Source: Bacteroidales bacterium (GTDB lineage Bacteria; Bacteroidota; Bacteroidia; Bacteroidales; VadinHA17). Taken from it: a stretch of DNA of 64,000 nt. The notes beneath the pieces were generated by a model that searched no databases, was not told the origin of the DNA, and saw only the letters and a program-made list of their open reading frames with translations. The stretch is taken from contig JBARBF010000007.1 of NCBI GenBank assembly GCA_049792755.1, positions 2,147 through 66,146 on the forward strand, given 5' to 3'. This document shows positions 57,812-64,000 of the stretch, in pieces. Position 1 is the first letter of the stretch; each line of letters opens with the position of its first letter. The position numbers and the translations under genes are program-made.

Positions 57812-60334
57812 ATGGACCCAAACTCAAAACCATTCTGGAGCCTATCTGTCACAGAATTACTTGTCAATTTTAAATCGACAGCAACAGGACTTACATCAGA
57901 AGATGCAAAAAAACGTCTTATTGAATATGGTACAAATCGTCTGAAGCCTCAGAAACGGTCAGATGCTTTTACGCTCCTTATCGGCCAGTTTAAAAGCCCT
58001 ATAATTCTTATTCTTTTATTTGCAACCGGTCTTTCATTGTTTTTGCATAATATTGTTGATGCTTCAATCATTCTTGTAATTGTACTCATAAGCGGACTTC
58101 TTGGGTTCTGGCAGGAACATGGTGCATCTGATGCGGTTGCAAAATTACTTGCAATTGTACAAATAAAAACAGCTGTATTACGCGATGGAGGTCAACGGGA
58201 AATTCATATTGAAGATGTTGTACCGGGTGATATCGTTGTTCTGAGTGCAGGTGATATAGTTCCGGGAGACTGTCTGCTTCTTGAATCAAAGGATCTTTTT
58301 GTTGATGAAGCTATGCTTACCGGGGAAACTTACCCGGTTGAAAAATTTGTTTCAGAGCTGGCGGCAGATACTGCTCTCTCAAAACGGACTAACTCCGTTT
58401 GGATGGGAACCCATATTGTAAGCGGAAATGCTAAGGCATTAGTTACACTTACTGGCAAAAACACAGAGTTTGGAAAGGTTTCGGAACGGCTTAAACTCAA
58501 ACCCCCGGAAACCGAATTTGAACGGGGCATACGGAGATTCGGCTATTTTCTTGGAGAAGTTACACTGTTCCTGGTAGTTATTATATTTGCCATTAATGTC
58601 TATTTACACCGGCCCGTTCTGGAATCATTTCTTTTTTCACTGGCCCTTGCTGTCGGATTAACTCCGCAATTATTACCTGCAATTATCAGCATCAACCTGG
58701 CACATGGTGCAAAAAAAATGGCTCAGAAGAAGGTTATCGTCAAAAGGCTTGCCTCTATAGAAAATTTTGGAAGCATGAATGTTATCTGTTCTGATAAAAC
58801 CGGTACCCTTACTGAAGGAACCGTAAAGGTAGAATCGGCGCTGGATGTTAACGGAGAGGCCAGCGATAAGGTATTCCTGTTTGCATATCTCAATGCATTT
58901 TACGAAACAGGATTTACTAACCCTATTGATCAGGCTATTCTTAATTATCGCAAGATTGACCTGTCGGATTATCGGAAACAGGATGAAATTCCATATGATT
59001 TCCTTCGGAAACGCCTGAGCATAGCTGTCATAAAAGAAAATGCTCATATTATGGTGACAAAAGGGGCATTGACCAACATACTGGAAGTGTGTTCATCAGC
59101 GGAAACCAAGGAAGGAAATATAGTTGACCTTGGATCTGTGAAGGATAAGATACAGAAACATTTTGAAGAATTCAGCAATAATGGTTTTCGCACTCTGGGT
59201 ATTGCTTATAAAAATATACCTGCGGATACTCTTATTAGTAAAAGCGATGAGAAGGAGATGATATTCTCAGGTTTTCTTACACTTTTTGATCCGCCAAAAG
59301 CAAATATCATCAATACAATTTCAAAGCTGAAGAAGCTTGGGGTATCTCTTAAAATTATAACAGGTGACAATCATCTTGTGGCGGCCAGCATCAGCAAAAA
59401 GATGGGTCTCTCGGATAATAAAATTATAAGTGGTCCTGAGCTCCGCCAGATGAGCGATGCCGCTTTGCTCAGAAGTGTTGGTTCAGTCGATGTATTTGCA
59501 GAAATAGAGCCCAACCAGAAAGAAAGGATTATTATAGCCATGAGGAAGGCCGGAAACGTTGTAGGATATATGGGTGATGGAATAAATGATGCCTCGGCAC
59601 TTCATGCTGCAGATGTTGGGATCTCTGTCGATACCGCAGCAGATGTAGCCAAGGATGCTGCCGATATTGTCCTGCTCGAAAAAGACCTGGGTGTCCTGAT
59701 TGAAGGCGTGAGAGAAGGACGTTCAACATTTGCCAATACTCTTAAATATGTATTTATGGCCACGAGCGCCAATTTTGGAAATATGTTCAGCATGGCCGGA
59801 GTATCGCTTTTTATTCCTTTTCTGCCATTGCTGCCCAAACAGATACTTCTCACCAACCTGATGACCGACTTTCCGGAAATGACAATCGCCACAGATAATG
59901 TTGATGATCAAATGATCGACTATCCACGTCGATGGGATATTAAGGCAATCCGTAAGTTTATGATCACCTTTGGACTTGTAAGTTCATTCTTTGACTATCT
60001 GACATTTGGCCTGCTGTTACTGATATTACATGCAAATGAGGGTCAGTTCAGAACCGGATGGTTTATAGAATCGGTTATTTCTGCATCAATGATTGTCCTT
60101 GTTATCCGGAGCAGAAAACCTTTTTTCAGGAGCAGACCCGGAAAATATCTGTTGATAGCAACATTATCGATAGCTGTTATTACATTGGTATTCCCGTTCA
60201 CACCGCTGGGAAATGTTTTTGGATTCAGCCCTTTAACCCTTTCAACATATTTATTCCTGGTGATGATAATTGCTGTTTATATTCTTGCCGCAGAAATTAC
60301 CAAAAGAATTTTTTATAAAAAGGTGAAATTTTAA
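57812..60334 (+). CDS. mgtA: magnesium-translocating P-type ATPase
   Basis: 840 aa. DKTGTLT phosphorylation site, TGDN and GDGINDA. MgtA-type C-terminal block NTLKYVFMATSANFGNMFSMAG...FLPLLPKQILLTNLMTDF. Confidence 0.8.
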   Translation: MDPNSKPFWSLSVTELLVNFKSTATGLTSEDAKKRLIEYGTNRLKPQKRSDAFTLLIGQFKSPIILILLFATGLSLFLHNIVDASIILVIVLISGLLGFWQEHGASDAVAKLLAIVQIKTAVLRDGGQREIHIEDVVPGDIVVLSAGDIVPGDCLLLESKDLFVDEAMLTGETYPVEKFVSELAADTALSKRTNSVWMGTHIVSGNAKALVTLTGKNTEFGKVSERLKLKPPETEFERGIRRFGYFLGEVTLFLVVIIFAINVYLHRPVLESFLFSLALAVGLTPQLLPAIISINLAHGAKKMAQKKVIVKRLASIENFGSMNVICSDKTGTLTEGTVKVESALDVNGEASDKVFLFAYLNAFYETGFTNPIDQAILNYRKIDLSDYRKQDEIPYDFLRKRLSIAVIKENAHIMVTKGALTNILEVCSSAETKEGNIVDLGSVKDKIQKHFEEFSNNGFRTLGIAYKNIPADTLISKSDEKEMIFSGFLTLFDPPKANIINTISKLKKLGVSLKIITGDNHLVAASISKKMGLSDNKIISGPELRQMSDAALLRSVGSVDVFAEIEPNQKERIIIAMRKAGNVVGYMGDGINDASALHAADVGISVDTAADVAKDAADIVLLEKDLGVLIEGVREGRSTFANTLKYVFMATSANFGNMFSMAGVSLFIPFLPLLPKQILLTNLMTDFPEMTIATDNVDDQMIDYPRRWDIKAIRKFMITFGLVSSFFDYLTFGLLLLILHANEGQFRTGWFIESVISASMIVLVIRSRKPFFRSRPGKYLLIATLSIAVITLVFPFTPLGNVFGFSPLTLSTYLFLVMIIAVYILAAEITKRIFYKKVKF

Positions 60335-60457
60335 AGTACCTGGTCATCTGAATCAGGAATTATAGAGAATAAACAAATGATAAAATCCGATTTATTGAAA
60401 ATAAGGGCATTAACTTGATTATAATGCGTACTTTGGCCAAATATTAAAATTATAATT

Positions 60458-60649
60458 ATGAGTACAGGAACAGTAAAATTTTTTAATAATTCCAAAGGAT
60501 TTGGATTTATTAAGGACGGTGCATCAGAAAAGGAATACTTTGTACATGTATCGGGCCTGAATGATGAGATCAGGGAAAATGATGAAGTAACTTTTGATCT
60601 TCAGGAAGGTAAAAAAGGATTAAATGCCATAAATGTTAAACTGGTGTAA
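60458..60649 (+). CDS. cspA: cold-shock domain protein
   Basis: 63 aa. GTVKFFNNSKGFGFI (RNP1) and FVHVS (RNP2). Confidence 0.9.
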   Translation: MSTGTVKFFNNSKGFGFIKDGASEKEYFVHVSGLNDEIRENDEVTFDLQEGKKGLNAINVKLV

Positions 60650-60785
60650 TTTGAATATTATATAAGACATTTATTATGAAGAGGCTGTCTCAAAAGGGTA
60701 GCTTCTTTTTTTTGTTTTCCATTGCTTAGTGGTACCCTCCTCTCCCATTCAACCTTTGCGCCTTTGTGCCGTTACATAATAATAT

Positions 60786-60849
60786 GTAAATAATATAACA
60801 TTTATTAAGAATTGTGTAACTCTTTTGCTTCAGGCAGCTTTTATCTTTC
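60786..60849 (+). promoter_or_regulatory. operator/promoter cassette D (degenerate copy)
   Basis: GTAAATA-ATATAAC (60793) -N14- GTGTAAC (60814) -N21- TATCTTTC (60842). Spacing is the same but several consensus positions differ. Confidence 0.5.
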
Positions 60850-60874
60850 AATAATATTTTAATAATAAAATATT

Positions 60875-61084
60875 ATGAAAAAAGCCGGAATCTTTATTGT
60901 AATACTTGGGTTAGCATTAACCATTTTTACCGCCATTACTTTTTTTACCAGGGAGAAAGTAGCTGATATCGGAAGTATTAAAATTACAGCAAACAAAGCA
61001 CATCATCTAAACTGGTCACCTCTTTTAGGAATTGCCGTAATGGTAGTTGGTGGAGTCGTGGTTTATATGTCGCCAAAAAAATAA
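60875..61084 (+). CDS. small two-TM membrane protein
   Basis: 69 aa with two hydrophobic helices. Preceded by cassette D. Confidence 0.5.
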   Translation: MKKAGIFIVILGLALTIFTAITFFTREKVADIGSIKITANKAHHLNWSPLLGIAVMVVGGVVVYMSPKK

Positions 61085-61243
61085 CAGGTTTTTAAGCCGA
61101 ATGCTGTTATTCTCAACAAAGCAACCATCAGAAAATGTAACATTTAAAATCAATGCTTGGTCTCTTAGTGCCATTGTGCCGTTGTACCATTATACCGTTG
61201 CACCTTTGTGCCGTTGTACCGTAACGCCATTGTGTCATTATAC

Positions 61244-61307
61244 GTGAATGATGTAACTTATTCCTATAGTTATGTAAGAGATCCCGGTATTAATAGTCTC
61301 ACCTTTG
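61244..61307 (+). promoter_or_regulatory. operator/promoter cassette E
   Basis: GTGAATG-ATGTAAC (61251) -N14- ATGTAAG (61272) -N21- CACCTTTG (61300). Confidence 0.65.
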
Positions 61308-61343
61308 TGTTGTGAAATTATTTTCACAATTAAAAGTACAAAA

Positions 61344-61697
61344 ATGAAAAAAATGAAAGAGTCACTTAAAAACGTTAAATGGTTCATCTATTTAATCTCT
61401 CTGACAGGAATTGGATTATTTTTCAACTCATGTGTGGGTGGATATATTGCAACAGAGCCAGTTTACACCGAGTATGCAAGACCACAACGACTTAATGAAA
61501 CCCAAATCTGGATAGATGGCGACTGGGGTTGGAACAACCAAACTCATGTTTACGTACAAAAGGCAGGTTACTGGGCACAACCCAGGCAGGGTCAGTCATA
61601 TGTGGCTGGTAGCTGGAAGACAACTCAGCATGGAAAATCATGGACTAAAGGTCATTGGCAAAAACAAGCCCGTCAGAAAGACAGCCGTGGACGGTAA
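61344..61697 (+). CDS. small W-rich lipoprotein-like protein
   Basis: Start moved to the ATG at 61344 (MKKMKESLK...) because the track start overlaps the -7 box. Lipobox-like FFNSC. WIDGDWGWNNQTHVYVQKAGYWAQP...GSWKTTQHGKSWTKGHW repeats. Confidence 0.55.
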   Translation: MKKMKESLKNVKWFIYLISLTGIGLFFNSCVGGYIATEPVYTEYARPQRLNETQIWIDGDWGWNNQTHVYVQKAGYWAQPRQGQSYVAGSWKTTQHGKSWTKGHWQKQARQKDSRGR

Positions 61698-61797
61698 TTG
61701 TATTAAAAATCCAAAATCCTCATGAAAAGCAAACAATACTTTTAGTAATCATTTCTTAAAACTGTGTTTGTCTGCAGGAACGTTTAATATATTAAAT

Positions 61798-61835
61798 GAA
61801 GCCGGATACCGTCAGGGTCTCCGGCTTGTTGTTTT
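61798..61835 (+). terminator. rho-independent terminator
   Basis: GAAGCCGGA (61798-61806) pairs with TCCGGCTT (61820-61827), followed by GTTGTTTT. Confidence 0.65.
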
Positions 61836-61863
61836 GAAACAATCTTAGTAATTTATTAAATGT

Positions 61864-61927
61864 GTGAATCATACAAATTTGATAAGCAATTGTGTAACAA
61901 TTCTGCTGCGTTAACAACTTACCTTTA
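61864..61927 (+). promoter_or_regulatory. operator/promoter cassette F (upstream of the second regulator gene)
   Basis: GTGAATC-ATACAAA (61871) -N14- GTGTAAC (61892) -N21- TACCTTTA (61920). A leader hairpin ATCGGGCA...TGCCCGAT follows at 61927-61966. Confidence 0.55.
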
Positions 61928-62049
61928 TCGGGCAATGTTTCAATTATTTTTTAGTTTATGCCCGATCTCCTTATAATAGACTGAATAGCTTTGATTAAAG
62001 TATTTCATGTTCATGGACAGAATTGTATTAATACTGAATTTCAAAAATA

Positions 62050-62610
62050 ATGAAGCTCTATATTAAAAATATGGTGTGCGACCGCTGCAAAGCGACAGTT
62101 AAAACTGAACTTGATAAACTGGCTATCCGATATCTTTCATTGGATTTAGGTGAAGTCATTATCAGGAAAAAACTGACGTCAGAGCAACATCATTTATTGC
62201 AGTTGTCGTTGGAACAGTTTGGATTTGAATTGATAGACGATAAGAAAAAAGATCTTATTGAAAAATTGAAGAGAGCCATTTTTGATCTTGAAAGGTATTC
62301 TGACGAAGATTTAAAAACAAGTTATTCGGATTTCATCAGTCTGAGTGTAAATGACAACTTCATTTCCCTTAACACCCTCTTTTCAGAGATAGAAGGTATA
62401 ACAATTGAAAAATATATAATCAAACAAAAGATTGAGCTGGTAAAAGAATTGCTCGGTCATAATAATCTCAATATTACAGAAATAGCGGTGAAAATGCATT
62501 ACAGTGATGTCGCCCACTTGTCCAGCGAGTTTAAAAGCATTACGGGTCTTACGCCATTGCACTTCCGTCAACTGCGGCACATCAGTTATAAAAATCAGGA
62601 GATCAGTTGA
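62050..62610 (+). CDS. AraC-family transcriptional regulator with an N-terminal HMA-like (CxxC) domain, paralog 2
   Basis: 186 aa. MKLYIKNMVCDRCKATVKTELDKL... Collinear with 47230..47790. AraC HTH (LNITEIAVKMHYSDVAHLSSEFKSITGLTPLHF). Confidence 0.8.
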   Translation: MKLYIKNMVCDRCKATVKTELDKLAIRYLSLDLGEVIIRKKLTSEQHHLLQLSLEQFGFELIDDKKKDLIEKLKRAIFDLERYSDEDLKTSYSDFISLSVNDNFISLNTLFSEIEGITIEKYIIKQKIELVKELLGHNNLNITEIAVKMHYSDVAHLSSEFKSITGLTPLHFRQLRHISYKNQEIS

Positions 62611-62716
62611 ATATTATTATGAAATCATCTTCTTCAATGGTTACGAGACAACCGGTCATATGTAAAGACTGAAATGTTCTTAAAAGACTTTCTTAATCAA
62701 CTTCCGGGATACATGA

Positions 62717-62845
62717 ATGAAAAGGTATATGATCAGGTTTGTTGATATTTCAAAATTTGTTGAAATGCTGGGAGGAAACATACATATGGAAAGCAAACCG
62801 GGTAAAGGGAGCCTGTTTGCATTTCCATTACCGACCTATATATAA
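62717..62845 (+). pseudogene. C-terminal remnant of a histidine-kinase HATPase_c domain
   Basis: The 42-codon frame reads MKRYMIRFVDISKFVEMLGGNIHMESKPGKGSLFAFPLPTYI*. The G2-box/C-terminal pattern (..MGG.I...S..GKGS.F.F.LP) is present, but the rest of the kinase is missing. Confidence 0.6.
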
Positions 62846-62893
62846 TTGACAATATATTTAACCGTCTGAATTATTAAGGTTTTCAGTCTATCT

Positions 62894-62957
62894 GTGAATT
62901 ATGTAACAATTTGTAAAAATTTTGTAACAATTCGAATCACAAAAAACAGGATTTTTA
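62894..62957 (+). promoter_or_regulatory. operator/promoter cassette G
   Basis: GTGAATT-ATGTAAC (62901) -N14- TTGTAAC (62922). The -7 position (62950) reads GATTTTTA, which is a weak match. Confidence 0.5.
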
Positions 62958-63192
62958 TTAAGTCAAAATATAAAAATAAAACAATGAAAATTCTTATAAC
63001 CGGATTGTTGTTGAATCAAGGGGCAAAAAAGAACCTGCCGGTAATAATAGCTCAACAACTGAAAGAGCAAAGAACAGGAGAACAGTAATAACAATAAAAA
63101 ATATACACGAACCACTGACACTCCTATAAATACAATAACAGCTATCTTAGGTCTTTAAAACAAATAATAAAATATTTAAAACAAAAATTCAG

Positions 63193-64000
63193 GTGAAACC
63201 GGGCAAGATAAAATCGACAGTATCTCCAAAGGATAAATCTTCTGATTCTGATACCAATTTGTTTCCTATTGTAGGAATTGGAGCTTCTGCCGGTGGATTG
63301 GAGGCAATTGAACAATTCCTGGGAAATGTTCCTGAAAACAGTGGCATGGCATATATTGTTGTACAACATCTCGATCCAACGCATAAAGGTATGCTTCCTG
63401 AGTTGCTTCAGCGGATTTCCAAAATGCAGGTTTCGCAGGTAAAGGACCGGACTATCGTCAGACCAAACTGTGTTTATGTTATTCCGCCAAATAAAACAAT
63501 GTCAATTATAAATGGAGTACTGCACCTGCATAAACCTGTCCAGTCCAGAGGACAGCGTCTCCCAATAGATTTTTTCTTATACTCCCTAGCTAAAGACAGG
63601 AAAGAGCTTGCTGTCGGACTTATCCTTTCGGGTATGGGCTCAGACGGCAGTTTAGGAATACGAGCTATAAAAGAGAAAAACGGTATAGCTATGGTACAGG
63701 AACCGGGAAGCGCAAAATTCGATAGCATGCCTCGTAATGCCATCGATTCAGTCCCTGTGGATATTGTGGCTTCACCTGGTGAATTTCCTGCAAGACTCCT
63801 GGAATTCCTTAAGCGGATTCCTCTCCTGAGAACTGAAACGGAAGTCGAGATTAAAGACAAGAGCTCACTTGAAAAAATTATTATTCTCCTCCGGACTTAC
63901 ACAGGCAATGACTTCGCACTATATAAAAAGAATACTGTGTACCGTCGTATTGAACGACGCATGGCAATACATAAAATTGAAAAGATCGCATCATACGTAC
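63193..64000 (+). CDS. CheB-type methylesterase / CheR-type methyltransferase fusion signalling protein (partial; continues beyond the window end)
   Basis: My translation from the GTG at 63193 reads ...FPIVGIGASAGGLEAIEQFLGNVPENSGMAYIVVQHLDPTHKGMLPELL...VYVIPPNK...GLILSGMGSDGSLGIRAIKEKNGIAMVQEP, which is CheB-like. It then reads SLEKIIILLRTYTGNDFALYKKNTVYRRIERRMA, a CheR N-terminal domain. The start codon is uncertain because there is no in-frame ATG after the stop at 63148. Confidence 0.75.
   Translation, partial: MKPGKIKSTVSPKDKSSDSDTNLFPIVGIGASAGGLEAIEQFLGNVPENSGMAYIVVQHLDPTHKGMLPELLQRISKMQVSQVKDRTIVRPNCVYVIPPNKTMSIINGVLHLHKPVQSRGQRLPIDFFLYSLAKDRKELAVGLILSGMGSDGSLGIRAIKEKNGIAMVQEPGSAKFDSMPRNAIDSVPVDIVASPGEFPARLLEFLKRIPLLRTETEVEIKDKSSLEKIIILLRTYTGNDFALYKKNTVYRRIERRMAIHKIEKIASYV

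Noticed and set aside
61047-61247. 66-aa ORF from the track (…AIVPLYHYTVAPLCRCTVTPLCHYT)
   Set aside because: It is produced by reading through the CCATTGTGCC-type tandem repeats and runs into cassette E. I treat it as non-coding repeat DNA.
62894-63088. 64-aa GTG-initiated ORF from the track
   Set aside because: Its first ~30 codons are the operator/promoter cassette G itself. Only the distal 34 codons (ATG at 62984) could be translated, and even those lack support.

Overview
The window looks like a chromosomal fragment from a low-GC Bacteroidota genome. The evidence is a SusC/RagA receptor, a T9SS C-terminal sorting domain, TAnnTTTG -7 promoter boxes and S46, M1 and GH20-like exported hydrolases.

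The first ~47 kb is mostly housekeeping: dnaE, trxA, ribD, prmC, recX, methylmalonyl-CoA mutase mutA/mutB, prfB, rnhA, rnhB, fba and tRNA-Cys. prfB carries its classical +1 programmed frameshift, which the ORF track misses. Several accessory items sit among these genes:
- a secreted TPR-Ig-caspase gene in an apparent operon with a transmembrane beta-propeller/PP2C sensor phosphatase;
- an orphan tetraheme cytochrome c / FeS / NrfD module preceded by a perfect 35-bp palindrome;
- an IS200/IS605-type Y1 (HUH) transposase-like gene lying next to six REP-like hairpins that show compensatory stem changes, which is a RAYT/REP-like arrangement;
- a collagen-triplet/C1q-like surface protein.

The most interesting signal is in the all-plus-strand region from about 45.8 to 64 kb. 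Seven copies of a ~64-bp promoter cassette occur there with identical internal spacing: GTGAATnATGTAAC-N14-wTGTAAC-N21-TAnnTTTG. In the same region are two paralogous AraC-type regulators whose N-terminal domain is HMA-like and keeps a CxxC motif. The cassettes precede:
- a 10-gene operon of small membrane/stress-type proteins (lmo0937-type, tail-anchored, YtxH, cupin-like, holin-X-like, an AI-2E transporter and a sigma factor);
- a Thivi_2564-type peptide followed by mgtA;
- W-rich small secreted proteins;
- one of the regulators itself;
- a CheB/CheR-type signalling gene.

I read this as a compact candidate regulon that, to my knowledge, has not been characterised. All calls come from reading the sequence and the ORF translations. 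No database search was run.
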